Source: Vicinamibacterales bacterium (GTDB lineage: Bacteria > Acidobacteriota > Vicinamibacteria > Vicinamibacterales > UBA2999). Taken from it: 64,000 nt of DNA. Shown in pieces: positions 18,629-28,245 of this stretch. Each line of letters starts with the position of its first letter. Position 1 is the first letter of the stretch. The notes below the pieces were generated by a model that was given only the letters and a program-made list of their open reading frames with translations, made no database searches and had not been told where the DNA came from. The stretch spans positions 466 through 64,465 of the forward strand of contig DASROF010000027.1 in assembly GCA_035647075.1 (NCBI GenBank). Reading direction: 5' to 3'. Both the position numbers and the translations under genes were made by a program.

Positions 18629-19617
18629 CCCAGCATACGGGCGGCTTCACGCGCGTAGTAGGTGATGATGATGTCCGCGCCGGCGCGCCGGATTGCCGTC
18701 AGCGTCTCCATCATGACGCGCGGCTCGTCGATCCACCCGCGCGCCGCCGCCGCCTTGATCATCGAGTACTCGCCGCTGACATGATAGGCCGCCGTCGGAC
18801 GCCCGAAGCGTTCCTTGACCTTGGACAGCACGTCCAGGTACGGCAGCGCCGGCTTGACCATCACGATGTCCGCGCCCTCGGCGATGTCGGTCTCAACTTC
18901 TCGCAGCGCCTCCTCGACGTTCGCGGGATCCATTTGATGCGTACGCCGGTCGCCGAACTGCGGCGCAGAATCCGCCGCTTCGCGAAAGGGTCCGAAAAAG
19001 CCGGAGCAGTACTTCGCCGCATACGACATGATGCTGACGGCGTCGTAGCCGCTGTCGTCGAGCGTACGTCGTATGGCTGCGACGCGCCCGTCCATCATGT
19101 CTGACGGCGCGACGAAGTCGGCGCCTGCCACGGCATGCGACAGCGCGGCCTGCGCCAGATGCGCGACGGTGGCGTCGTTCAGGATCTCGTCGCCCTCCAC
19201 AATCCCGCAGTGCCCGTGCGACGTGTACTCACAGAGGCACACATCGGTCATCACCACCAGATCGGGAATGGCGCGCTTCAGCGCCCGCACGGTTGTCTGG
19301 ACAGGAGCTTCCGGGTCGGCGGCGAGCGAGCCGATTTCGTCTTTGCTGGACGGCAGCCCAAACAACAGGACGCCGGGTACGCCGTCGGCCCGTGCCGCCT
19401 CCGCTTCCTTGACCGCCTCATCGGTAGAGAGCTGATAGACGCCAGGCATCGAACTGACCTCGCGCCGTACGCCCTCGCCGTCACAGACGAATAGCGGATA
19501 AATGAAGCAGTTGGGCGTGAGGTGCGTTTCGCGCACGAGCTGCCGGATGGCTTCAGTGCGCCGCAGCCTGCGGTGGCGGTGTGTCAGGGGGAGCTTGTAA
19601 GTGGCGGTTGCCCGCAT
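18625..19617 (-). CDS. hemB: Porphobilinogen synthase (Zn type)
   Basis: [58 protein letters not shown]. Confidence 0.98.
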   Translation of the reverse strand: MRATATYKLPLTHRHRRLRRTEAIRQLVRETHLTPNCFIYPLFVCDGEGVRREVSSMPGVYQLSTDEAVKEAEAARADGVPGVLLFGLPSSKDEIGSLAADPEAPVQTTVRALKRAIPDLVVMTDVCLCEYTSHGHCGIVEGDEILNDATVAHLAQAALSHAVAGADFVAPSDMMDGRVAAIRRTLDDSGYDAVSIMSYAAKYCSGFFGPFREAADSAPQFGDRRTHQMDPANVEEALREVETDIAEGADIVMVKPALPYLDVLSKVKERFGRPTAAYHVSGEYSMIKAAAARGWIDEPRVMMETLTAIRRAGADIIITYYAREAARMLG

Positions 19618-19628
19618 CGTCCGATCTT

Positions 19629-19683
19629 GCCACGAAGTGCGCGACCGAATCCTTCGTGGCTAATCCTCCGTGGCTTTTGTGGC
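19629..19683. repeat. GCCACGAAG / CTTCGTGGC inverted plus tandem 9-mer element
   Basis: GCCACGAAG (19629-37) pairs with CTTCGTGGC (19652-60); degenerate copies CTCCGTGGC (19666-74) and TTTTGTGGC (19675-83) lie in the last hemD codons. Confidence 0.5.
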
Positions 19684-21219
19684 CAGGCTCTTGTCGGGGA
19701 TGAAATAAGCGGCGATCGCGTCCACCAGGCCGCCGATCGTGTATGAATCCGGCTGCACCGATACGGTGATCCCTGCCTCGCGCGCGGCGTCCGCCGTGAC
19801 AGGGCCGATGACCGCCACGGTCGTGTTCTTGAGCAGATCCGTGACCTGGTCGGCGCCGTAGACCCGCACGAAGTTACGCACCGCCGATGCGCTGGTGAAG
19901 GTGACGATGTGTATCCGGCCTTCGAGCATCATGCCGTAGACGTCGGGATCGCCTTCGCGCTGCACCTCATCGAGCAGGGTGCGGTAGGCGATCACATCGG
20001 TCACCACGGCGCCCGCTTTTCGAAGTTGATCGGCGATGACCTCACGTCCGATGTCCGATCGAGGCAGCAGCACGCGTGCGCCTGTCAGAGGGCCGTGTGC
20101 CTCGAGCGCGCCCAGCACTGCTTCGGCGCGGTACTCGTGAGGCAGGACGTCGGCGACGACACTGTAGCGTCGGAGGCGCTCGGCGGTGCCCGGGCCAACC
20201 GTACACAGCTTTGGTCCCTTCAGCGCCCGTACGTCACGGTGATGAGAGAGCAGCGCGGTCATGAACCCCTCGACCGAGTTCGCGCTCGTAAAGACGATCC
20301 AGTCGAATGCTGATGGATCTTCGGCGGACTGCAGGAGCGCCGTCGGATCATCCGGCGGCGTGATCCTGATCATCGGCGCCTCGACGGTGTCGGCGCCGAG
20401 CGCTTGCAACCGTTCGACGAGATCGCGTGCCTGCTCCCTTGGCCGCGTGATCAGCACTCGTCGGCCGAAGAGCGGACGCGCATCGAACCAGCGAAGGTGT
20501 TCGCGAAAACCAACCACGCGGCCGACGACGAGGATCGCGGCTTCTCGGCGTGGTGGCTGCGTCTGCAGACGTTCGCGAAGCCCGCCGATCGTCGTCGCGA
20601 CGGTTTCCTGGCTGGGCAGCGTCCCGTTATACACGGCGATCGTCGGTTCATCGGCCTCCCAGCCATTGGCAAGAAGGGCTTCCGTGATGCCGAGCAGCTG
20701 ATGTGCGCCGGCGTAGCAGACGACCGTGCCATCCAGCCGTGCGACGCTCGCCCAGTCGATGTCTGGTGCCGTCCGGCTTTCACCCTCGAACCCGCGGACC
20801 AGCGTGAGCGTGTCACCGCCGCCGGGGTACGTCACCGGTACACCTGCATAAGCCGGTACCGCGGTGCCCGCGAGAACTCCCGGAACCACCTCGAAAGGAA
20901 TTCGCTGCTCGTGCAGGAACAGCGCTTCCTCGCCGCCGCGATCAAACACGAACGGATCGCCCCACTTCAGGCGCGCCACGATTTTGCCTTCGCGTGCCTT
21001 CTCAGCGATCAGGATGCTGATCGCTTCTTGCGCCATCGGCTGCGGCGCGGCGATGCCGACGTCGATCAGCTCCGCACTGCGGCGGGCTTCCTTCAGCAGC
21101 GCCGACGAGACGAGGTGATCGTGAATGACGACGTCCGCCTCGCGAAGCCGCTCGAGTCCACGTGCTGTAATCAGTCCGGGGTCACCCGGGCCGGCGCCGA
21201 TGAGATAGACAGGTGTCAC
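19660..21219 (-). CDS. cobA-hemD: Uroporphyrinogen-III C-methyltransferase (SUMT)-like / uroporphyrinogen-III synthase fusion
   Basis: N-domain VYLIGAGPGDPGLIT...DPFVF.RGGEE...VVPG; C-domain PLFGRRVLITRP, WIVFTSANSV, FTSASAV, VIGPVTA. SUMT motifs altered (see findings). Confidence 0.92.
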   Translation of the reverse strand: MTPVYLIGAGPGDPGLITARGLERLREADVVIHDHLVSSALLKEARRSAELIDVGIAAPQPMAQEAISILIAEKAREGKIVARLKWGDPFVFDRGGEEALFLHEQRIPFEVVPGVLAGTAVPAYAGVPVTYPGGGDTLTLVRGFEGESRTAPDIDWASVARLDGTVVCYAGAHQLLGITEALLANGWEADEPTIAVYNGTLPSQETVATTIGGLRERLQTQPPRREAAILVVGRVVGFREHLRWFDARPLFGRRVLITRPREQARDLVERLQALGADTVEAPMIRITPPDDPTALLQSAEDPSAFDWIVFTSANSVEGFMTALLSHHRDVRALKGPKLCTVGPGTAERLRRYSVVADVLPHEYRAEAVLGALEAHGPLTGARVLLPRSDIGREVIADQLRKAGAVVTDVIAYRTLLDEVQREGDPDVYGMMLEGRIHIVTFTSASAVRNFVRVYGADQVTDLLKNTTVAVIGPVTADAAREAGITVSVQPDSYTIGGLVDAIAAYFIPDKSLATKATED

Positions 21220-22187
21220 GGCTGGATGCCTTCGACGGCGGCGTGGTTGCGCTGCACGTCCGCGAGGATATCTCCAGCGCCGCCGCGCAGAAGCTCGTCA
21301 GCGACAGAAATGCCGAGTCGTTCGGCGTCATGCCGTACGCCGGTTGCCGACGCGCGCGCGATACGAGCGCCGTCGGGCGACACGACGATCCCCTTCACCG
21401 TGAGCTCAGTGCCTGAGGGCTCAGCCAGGACCCCGATCGGCATCTGGCATCCTCCGCCCAGACGCGTGACGACCGTTCGCTCGGCGCAAAGCGCCACTGC
21501 GGCATCTGCATCATCAATTGATTGCACCGCGCGTCGCACACGGTCGTCCCCTTCACGGATCTCCACGGCGATGATGCCCTGGCCGGGCGCGGGAACGCAG
21601 ACGTCGACAGGCACTGCCGCAGCGATTCGATCCTCGCGACCCAGTCGGCGCAGACCAGCGGCGGCAAGCACCAGGGCGTCGTACTCACCCGCATCCAGCT
21701 TGCGGAGGCGCGTGCCCAGGTTGCCGCGTACAGGCAGAAACGTGGCTTCGGGGAGCAGACGCACGAGCTGGGCGACGCGGCGCACACTGCTGGTGCCGAT
21801 GCGTGGACGACGACCGAGCCTGCTCACCACTTCGTCAAGCGAGAGCGTCGTGCGCTCGGTGCCGGGCAGCACAATCGCGTCGTGCGGATCTTCGCGTCGT
21901 AACACAGCGCCGACGCGTAGTCCCGGTGGAAGCACGGCGGGCATGTCCTTGCTGCTGTGCACGGCCAGATCGATTTCTCCAGCGAGGAGTGCGTCTTCAA
22001 TTTCCTTCACGAAGAGGCGTTTGCCTCCGATCTGCGCCAGACTCGCATCCGCGAGACGGTCGCCGGACGTCTTAATCACGACAATGTCGGAGGCGACGTT
22101 CGTCTGTTGAAGCAGCAGGGCCGCGACGGTGTTGGCCTGAAACAGCGCCAGCTCGCTGCCTCGTGTTCCGAGCCTGAGCGTGTCCAT
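21216..22187 (-). CDS. hemC: Hydroxymethylbilane synthase
   Basis: LGTRGSELALFQ, TSGDR, LFVKEIE, AVHSSKDMP, GTSSVRR, RGNLGTRL, GGGCQMPIG. Confidence 0.97.
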   Translation of the reverse strand: MDTLRLGTRGSELALFQANTVAALLLQQTNVASDIVVIKTSGDRLADASLAQIGGKRLFVKEIEDALLAGEIDLAVHSSKDMPAVLPPGLRVGAVLRREDPHDAIVLPGTERTTLSLDEVVSRLGRRPRIGTSSVRRVAQLVRLLPEATFLPVRGNLGTRLRKLDAGEYDALVLAAAGLRRLGREDRIAAAVPVDVCVPAPGQGIIAVEIREGDDRVRRAVQSIDDADAAVALCAERTVVTRLGGGCQMPIGVLAEPSGTELTVKGIVVSPDGARIARASATGVRHDAERLGISVADELLRGGAGDILADVQRNHAAVEGIQP

Positions 22188-22189
22188 GG

Positions 22190-23527
22190 TCAGCGCGATC
22201 GGCGGTGGGCCGGCGTGATGTCGTCGGTGGAGCTGCCGGTCCCGGTCGGGCCGCCCTCATCGCGCAGGCGGAACAACCGGTTGATGGCCTCGGTATAGGC
22301 CACCTGCGTTTCCTCGTCGGGCAGGGCCTTCAGCTGCTCGGTAGGATCGAGCAGCAGCTTTTCCACAATCAGTCGCGTGAGCTGATCGAACAGCGGGCGC
22401 GCCTCGGGTGGCAACGCGGCAAGCTTCGGGTCGAGGCGCAGCAGCTCGGCCCGGCGGATCGCGTCGAATCGATCGCGCAGGGCCACCACGGTCTGAATCG
22501 CGCCACGTGACTTCTGCCATGCGGTGAACCGGCCGAGCTCCTCGCGGACGATCCCTTCTGCATGCTCGATCTCGGTCGTCCGCTTCGAGATGTTCTCCTG
22601 CACAATCGACTGGAGATCGTCGACGTTGTAGAGGAACACCTGATCGAACTCGGTGACCGCTGCCTCGACGTCGCGGGGCACCGCCACGTCGATGATGAAC
22701 AGCGGATCGCGACGCCGTCCGAGCGCGGACTCGATATGTGCCTTGGTGATGATCGGCCGCTGCGAGCCGGTGGCCGTCACGATGATGTCGGAAGTGCCGA
22801 GTGCGTTCGCCAGGCCTTCCCACGGCACCCAGTGTCCGCCCACTTCCGTCGCGAGCGCTTGTGCGTGGGCTGCTGTCCGGCTGGTAATGGCAACTTCGGC
22901 AACACCCTGGGCTCGAAGATGCTGCGCGGTGAGCGTGCTGATCTCACCGGAGCCGACGACGAGCACGCGGCGACCGTTCAGGCGTCCGAAGATCTTTTTC
23001 GCGAGCTGCACCGCGGCGTAGCTGATGGAGACCGCGCCTTCTCCGAGCGCAGTCTCGCTGCGCACGCGTTTGCCGACATTGAACGACCAGTCGAACAGCT
23101 TGCGAAGAACCGGGCCGGTGCAGCGACGCTCGGCCGCCGTCTGGAACGCATCCTTGACCTGACCCAGGATCTGCGGCTCGCCGACCACCAGCGAGTCGAG
23201 ACCCGCGGCGACGCGGAACAGATGCTGCACCACTTCGGCGTCGGACAACGAAAACACGTGAGGCGTGAAGCTCTCCGCGGGAAGCTGATGGTACTCGCTC
23301 AGGAAGCGTACGAGCTCTTCCCGCGCCGTCTCCAGCGCATCGCTCGCCACGTAGATCTCGGACCGGTTGCAGGTGGAGAGCACGACTGACTCCGCGGCCG
23401 ACGATCGCGCTGCCAGCGCCTCGACCGCCGCGCCGACGTCGCGGCTCGAGAAATCCAGCTTCTCCCGCAGGTCCACCGGGGCCGTCTTGTGACTCACGCC
23501 GAGCAGTAACAGGTGCATCGTCGCCAC
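22190..23527 (-). CDS. hemA: Glutamyl-tRNA reductase
   Basis: GVSHKTAPVDLRE, LSTCNRSE, GLDSLVVGEPQILGQVK, IDVAVPRDVE. Start GTG 23527 or ATG 23518. Confidence 0.98.
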   Translation of the reverse strand: MATMHLLLLGVSHKTAPVDLREKLDFSSRDVGAAVEALAARSSAAESVVLSTCNRSEIYVASDALETAREELVRFLSEYHQLPAESFTPHVFSLSDAEVVQHLFRVAAGLDSLVVGEPQILGQVKDAFQTAAERRCTGPVLRKLFDWSFNVGKRVRSETALGEGAVSISYAAVQLAKKIFGRLNGRRVLVVGSGEISTLTAQHLRAQGVAEVAITSRTAAHAQALATEVGGHWVPWEGLANALGTSDIIVTATGSQRPIITKAHIESALGRRRDPLFIIDVAVPRDVEAAVTEFDQVFLYNVDDLQSIVQENISKRTTEIEHAEGIVREELGRFTAWQKSRGAIQTVVALRDRFDAIRRAELLRLDPKLAALPPEARPLFDQLTRLIVEKLLLDPTEQLKALPDEETQVAYTEAINRLFRLRDEGGPTGTGSSTDDITPAHRRSR

Positions 23528-23530
23528 TCA

Positions 23531-24352
23531 CTAGAGAGGGTGGCTGCTCGAAAAGTAGCTGAGCGGTACGAAGGTGAGCAGCACGATGATGAACCCGAAG
23601 GCCGACAGCCAGGCCGCGCGCCGACCGTTCCATCCCATCATCCGGCGCGCCATCACGGCAAACGAGTAGACGGCCCACGTCAGTACGGCGAAGAGAATCT
23701 TCGGGTCGTTCAACGACATCGCCTGCACGTTGCTGTGCTCTGGCGCGAGCGGACGCGCTTCGAGCGTCCAGACGACGCCGACGATGAGGCCGAGCGTCAG
23801 GAACGCCCATCCTGTCGCCGTTGCGCGGGAGTTCATGCGGTCGAGGATCTGCAGCGATGGCAGGCGCGTGTAGAAGTAACCGAGGTGCTTCTTCTTGATT
23901 TCCTTGAACTGCAGCACGTAGGTGGCGCCGAGCACGCCGGCGAGTCCGAAGCTGGCATAGGCGAACAGGAGCGACGACACATGGACCCAGAACCACGGGC
24001 TGTCCAGCAGCGGGTCGCGATTCTCAACACCCGGTGAGAGCACGGGAATCAGCTGCAGCGCGACGATGATCGGCAGGATGAACACGCCCATTGATCGCTC
24101 GTCCGTCGTGAGCTCCAGATACAGATAGGAGAGCGTCAGCAGCCATACGAAGGTCGAGACCGCGCGCGATGGATTGGCGAATGGCACGTGCCGGACTTCC
24201 ATCGTTTGCATGCCGATCACAAAGGTGTGCGTGAGGACGGCCAGGAGAAGCAACGTGGTGGCGGTCCGCCCGGCGTTGATGTCGCGGCGCGCAAAGTGAA
24301 TGGCATACGCCACGCCAGCCGCGGCGTAGAGGATCAGCGGAAGTAGGTTCAA
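23531..24352 (-). CDS. ccsA: CcsA/HemX-like cytochrome c assembly family membrane protein
   Basis: About 8 TM helices; WVHVSSLLFAY, LPSLQILDRM, LTLGLIVG, DPK...W. TTG 24352 overlaps the upstream stop; sits directly before hemA. Confidence 0.8.
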   Translation of the reverse strand: MNLLPLILYAAAGVAYAIHFARRDINAGRTATTLLLLAVLTHTFVIGMQTMEVRHVPFANPSRAVSTFVWLLTLSYLYLELTTDERSMGVFILPIIVALQLIPVLSPGVENRDPLLDSPWFWVHVSSLLFAYASFGLAGVLGATYVLQFKEIKKKHLGYFYTRLPSLQILDRMNSRATATGWAFLTLGLIVGVVWTLEARPLAPEHSNVQAMSLNDPKILFAVLTWAVYSFAVMARRMMGWNGRRAAWLSAFGFIIVLLTFVPLSYFSSSHPL

Positions 24353-25281
24353 CGCCCGGTCGGGGCGTAGTAGCCCCGCTTCGTGCGCGCCGCGACATTC
24401 TGGCGCGACACGCGAACGTCGATGCGACGCCACGCGCCGTCATGCCGCGGATTCTTCGACGTGTACCCGATGGTGTACTGGCTGGCGAGCTCGTCGGCGA
24501 TCTGTGAATACACGTTGTTCAGGTCGTCGATTTTCGCGGGGAAGAAGGAACGGCCGCCTGTTTCGAGCGCGAGCGTCTTCATGACGAACTCGGCTTCCCG
24601 GAAGCCCTTCGTCTGCACGTCAGGGCCGCGCAGCGCGATTGCGTAAATGGATGTTTCCGAGCGTTTCGCGAGATCCAGGACCTCGTCGAACGACACCAGG
24701 CTCGACGTGTCCTCGCCGTCGGAGAACACGACCAGCGCCTGGCGGCGGATGTCCTGCTCGGTGACCGCTCGAACTTTTCGCAGCTCTTTGAGCGCGATGT
24801 AAATCGCGTTGTGCAGCGAGGTCGACCCGCCGGCGGCCGTGCGGTCGATGGCGGTGAGGAGATCCGCCTGGTTGCCTGTGAACACCTGACGAACGTCAAC
24901 GCGGCTGTCGAAGTCGATGACCTGCGCGATGTCGTTGGGCTTCAGGCGACGGACGAAGTTGCCGGCGGCGGCCTGCAGCGTCGGCAGTTTGTCCTCCATA
25001 CTGGCGCTGCTGTCGAGCAGCAGCGACAGCGCGATCGGCTGCTGCCGCCGCGAGAAGAAACTGACCTCCTGACGCACCCCGTCCTCGAAGATCTGGAAAT
25101 CAGGTTCGTCAAGGTCGGTTACGTAATGGTTGACGCCATCCGTCACCGTCACGTTGAGCGAGACGATGTCGATTCCCGCGCGGAACGCAGGACTCTGCGG
25201 CTGGGTTCCTTCCTGCTGCGCGGCGATCGCGCCGCCGAGGATCGCAAGTCCGACGACGGTGACGAACAGACGGGCGATCAT
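24349..25281 (-). CDS. Secreted VWA-domain protein (Acidobacterial VWFA type)
   Basis: Signal peptide, FRAGIDIVSLNVTVTD, intact MIDAS DSSAS...T...SDGED, ELASQYTIGY, RTKRGYYA. Confidence 0.88.
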   Translation of the reverse strand: MIARLFVTVVGLAILGGAIAAQQEGTQPQSPAFRAGIDIVSLNVTVTDGVNHYVTDLDEPDFQIFEDGVRQEVSFFSRRQQPIALSLLLDSSASMEDKLPTLQAAAGNFVRRLKPNDIAQVIDFDSRVDVRQVFTGNQADLLTAIDRTAAGGSTSLHNAIYIALKELRKVRAVTEQDIRRQALVVFSDGEDTSSLVSFDEVLDLAKRSETSIYAIALRGPDVQTKGFREAEFVMKTLALETGGRSFFPAKIDDLNNVYSQIADELASQYTIGYTSKNPRHDGAWRRIDVRVSRQNVAARTKRGYYAPTGR

Positions 25282-26171
25282 TTCTTTCCCCCCGGCTCAC
25301 GCGCCGGCGTTCCGCGGACGGTGATCCCCGGTCGTCCAGGGGTGATTTCGACAGCGCCGGTGTTGTAGAGGGTGTCCGCGCGGGCGTAGACCACCTTGTA
25401 TTGCGACGACAACTCACGCGCCAGCCGTTCCATGGTGCTCGCCAGCGAGTTCGCGACAAGCAGCTGAATCCGCTGGCCGCCGGTTGCCTTGGGGCCGTCG
25501 TCAAGGAGAAAGCTGCGTTCGCGAATCGCGTGCTCGTCCGAATACGGGAAGCGGCCGATCGCTACCGTGTGGAGCGCTACGCCCGACTCGCGCAACTCTT
25601 TCACCAGATCTTTGGAATAGCGGTTCGTGAACTCGGTGCCGTCAGTGACCACGGGAATGAATACCGCCCGCAGGCTGTCGCGCCGGCGCAGGCCGCGCGA
25701 GGTTTCATAGAGCGCATCGAGCAGCGTCATGCCGCTGCCCGCGATCGAGAACAACCGCCCGGCTGCTGTGGCCAGCTGCGTTTTGTCCGTGGTGTATTGC
25801 ACGAACACCGTCGGTCGCTCGGCCAGGCCGAGAATCGCGATCCGGTGCTCGCCGTCCATGGCGGCGACGAACCTCGAAACTCCGTCGCGGATAAAGGTGA
25901 TCTCGTCGGCCGTGGCCTGGCTGTTGTCGATCATCAGCGCGATGTCGAGCGGTTCGGTTGCGCGGGACACGCGAAGGATTTCGCGCCGCCTCCCATCTTC
26001 GCGGACGACGAACGCATCGGGCCCGAGGCCTTCGACAGGCTCCCCTTTATCGTTGACCGCGCTGACGAACAACGTGCGTTCGCGGGCCTGGGCGGTCAGC
26101 CCGGAGTTCGACGAAGAAAGAACCGCGATCGCGACGGCAATCGCAAGAGTGGGTCGGAAGGAGGAGCGCAT
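25278..26171 (-). CDS. Second secreted VWA-domain protein with divergent MIDAS
   Basis: Signal peptide, LFVSAVNDKGEPV, DNSQA, VTDGTE, ELSSQYKVVY. ATG 26171; ATGA overlap with the next gene. Confidence 0.8.
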   Translation of the reverse strand: MRSSFRPTLAIAVAIAVLSSSNSGLTAQARERTLFVSAVNDKGEPVEGLGPDAFVVREDGRRREILRVSRATEPLDIALMIDNSQATADEITFIRDGVSRFVAAMDGEHRIAILGLAERPTVFVQYTTDKTQLATAAGRLFSIAGSGMTLLDALYETSRGLRRRDSLRAVFIPVVTDGTEFTNRYSKDLVKELRESGVALHTVAIGRFPYSDEHAIRERSFLLDDGPKATGGQRIQLLVANSLASTMERLARELSSQYKVVYARADTLYNTGAVEITPGRPGITVRGTPAREPGGKK

Positions 26172-26319
26172 TTGAGCCGATTCTTGAGGCCAGTATAGGG
26201 CCCGGCAGGAAAGAGGGTCAAGCCGCGAAGGTGGCCGAAAAATATTGAAAACACTGGACTTCCGCGCTGCCAGCGCTGGCGAGCACGCGCGGGCGGCGGG
26301 ACGGCAGCCTCGCATCAGC

Positions 26320-26337
26320 TGGTGAATGTTTTCACAA
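26320..26337. promoter_or_regulatory. Rex-like operator palindrome
   Basis: TGGTGAA-TGTT-TTCACAA has one mismatch to TTGTGAA-N4-TTCACAA. It also fits CRP/FNR-type TGTGA-N6-TCACA with one mismatch. Overlaps the expected -35 of the atp promoter. Confidence 0.6.
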
Positions 26338-26344
26338 GGCGGGG

Positions 26345-26350
26345 TATACT
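26345..26350 (+). promoter_or_regulatory. -10 element of the Fo atp operon
   Basis: TATACT about 40 nt before ATG 26390. A mirror TATACT on the - strand (26197-26192) serves the VWA-hem operon. Confidence 0.5.
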
Positions 26351-26389
26351 GGTCGGCGGTACGCAGGACGACGGAGTGGACCGTGCGAC

Positions 26390-26635
26390 ATGGCAGACAA
26401 GGGTAAGGATTCCTCATTCGCACGTTCGACCAAGTCGCTGCAGGATAACGTCACGCGGGCGGCGCCCGCGATGGCCGCCAGCTACTCGCTGGTTGGCGCA
26501 ATTATCCTGTTCGGCGCAATCGGGTATGCCCTGGATCGGTGGCGCGGGACCGCACCATGGTTCCTGCTGGCGGGCCTGGTACTTGGCGTGGTCATCGGCT
26601 TCTACGAGTTGATCAAAGCGACCCAAAGGAAATGA
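26390..26635 (+). CDS. atpZ: AtpZ/AtpI family (ATPase gene 1) protein
   Basis: Two TM helices; IGYALDRWRGTAPWFLLAGLVLGVVIGFYEL. Confidence 0.85.
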   Translation: MADKGKDSSFARSTKSLQDNVTRAAPAMAASYSLVGAIILFGAIGYALDRWRGTAPWFLLAGLVLGVVIGFYELIKATQRK

Positions 26636-26645
26636 ACCCTCTCGC

Positions 26646-27002
26646 ATGAGGGAAGCTGCGTGGATGGCTGGAGCCGCGATCGGGTCGTGGCTCGCCGTGA
26701 GCGTAGCCGGCGGTGATCGGGTCAATCCGGAGAGTTTTTTCGGGATGGCTGGTCCGCTGGTGGCCGTGTGTGCGTCGTGGATCGCTGTGAAGCGGACCCA
26801 TCACGCGGCGCCCGAGCGCGTGATGGGGGTCATGATTGTCTGGTTCGCGCTGAAGCTGGTGTTCTTCGGTGCCTACATGGCGGTGATGATCCGGCTCCTG
26901 TCGCTGAGGACGGTCCCGTTCGTCACCGCGTTTGTGAGTTACTTCATCGCCTTGTACGCGATGCAGGCGCTGTTCCTGAAGCGCCTGACGATGACCAAAT
27001 AA
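26646..27002 (+). CDS. AtpI-like four-TM membrane protein
   Basis: Hydrophobic 118 aa protein between atpZ and atpB; FALKLVFFG. Confidence 0.65.
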   Translation: MREAAWMAGAAIGSWLAVSVAGGDRVNPESFFGMAGPLVAVCASWIAVKRTHHAAPERVMGVMIVWFALKLVFFGAYMAVMIRLLSLRTVPFVTAFVSYFIALYAMQALFLKRLTMTK

Positions 27003-27953
27003 ATGCTGCAACACGCCGAACCTGCCTCGCACGCCGCCGAAGAAGCCGGCCACGCCGCGTCCGGAGCCTTTGACGCCGGTGCCACGATTCTGGGCCACGT
27101 GGCCAATTCGCCGCTCGAACATCCGCTGATTCCTCTGCCGCCTGTGTTCGGGATCGACATGTCGATTACCAAACACGTGCTGCTGCTGTGGGTGTATGCC
27201 GCGGTGCTGCTGGGCGTGGTCACCGTTGCCGTACGCCGCTATGTCCGTGACGGGCAGATGGTGCCGAAAGGCCCAGTCATGGGCCTCATCGAGTACGTCG
27301 CTGTGCGGATCCGCGACGAGATCGTCGCGCCGAACGTCGGCAAGAAGTGGGTCGACACCTACACGCCGCTGATCATGATGTTCTTCCTGTTCATCGTGAC
27401 CATCAACGCGCTTGGCCTGCTGCCAATCTTCGATCTGCTGGCCCTGCTGAATCACACGGTCCTGCACCTTCCGGAAGACTCATTTCTCGTGCGCCTGACG
27501 CACGGCGGCACAACGCCGACAGGAAACTTCAACGTCACCGCAGCCCTGGCGACGATCAGCTTCTTCGCCATCATCATCGCGGGCACGCGTGCGCACGGCT
27601 TCTTCGGCCACTGGAAGAATCTGGTGCCCCACGGAGTTCATCCGGCGCTGTGGATCATCCTGATTCCGATTGAAATCATGGGGATGTTCGTCCGCCCGTT
27701 CGCGTTGACGATGCGACTTGCGGCCAACATGACAGGCGGTCACATCGCGGTGCTGGCGGTGGTGGCGATGATTTTCATCATGGCCGAATCGGCCCGCAGC
27801 GCCGTCGTCGGCCTGGGCATGGCCGTGATCGCCGTGCCGCTCGCGGTCGGCATCTCCGTGCTCGAAGCCGTGGTCGTCGTACCGGTCCAGGCATTTGTGT
27901 TCACACTGCTTACGGCCGTGTTCGTTGGCATGGCCATTCACGCTCATCACTGA
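27003..27953 (+). CDS. atpB: F1Fo ATP synthase subunit a
   Basis: SITKHV, TPTGNFNVTAALA, IPIEIMGMFVRPFALTMRLAANMTGGH (essential Arg), VQAFVFTLLTAVFVG. Confidence 0.96.
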   Translation: MLQHAEPASHAAEEAGHAASGAFDAGATILGHVANSPLEHPLIPLPPVFGIDMSITKHVLLLWVYAAVLLGVVTVAVRRYVRDGQMVPKGPVMGLIEYVAVRIRDEIVAPNVGKKWVDTYTPLIMMFFLFIVTINALGLLPIFDLLALLNHTVLHLPEDSFLVRLTHGGTTPTGNFNVTAALATISFFAIIIAGTRAHGFFGHWKNLVPHGVHPALWIILIPIEIMGMFVRPFALTMRLAANMTGGHIAVLAVVAMIFIMAESARSAVVGLGMAVIAVPLAVGISVLEAVVVVPVQAFVFTLLTAVFVGMAIHAHH

Positions 27954-27975
27954 GCTCACGTCCGAAGGAGACTAG

Positions 27976-28215
<240 letters not shown>

Positions 28216-28245
28216 ACGCGCCGCAGGCAGGACGCGGAGGTCACA

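Noticed and set aside
20404-22110. Long antisense/alternate-frame ORFs (e.g. 20404-22110 +, 46385-48115 -, 58676-60040 -, 49585-50709 -)
   Set aside because: They shadow well-supported genes and have no motifs; expected from stop-codon scarcity in high-GC DNA.
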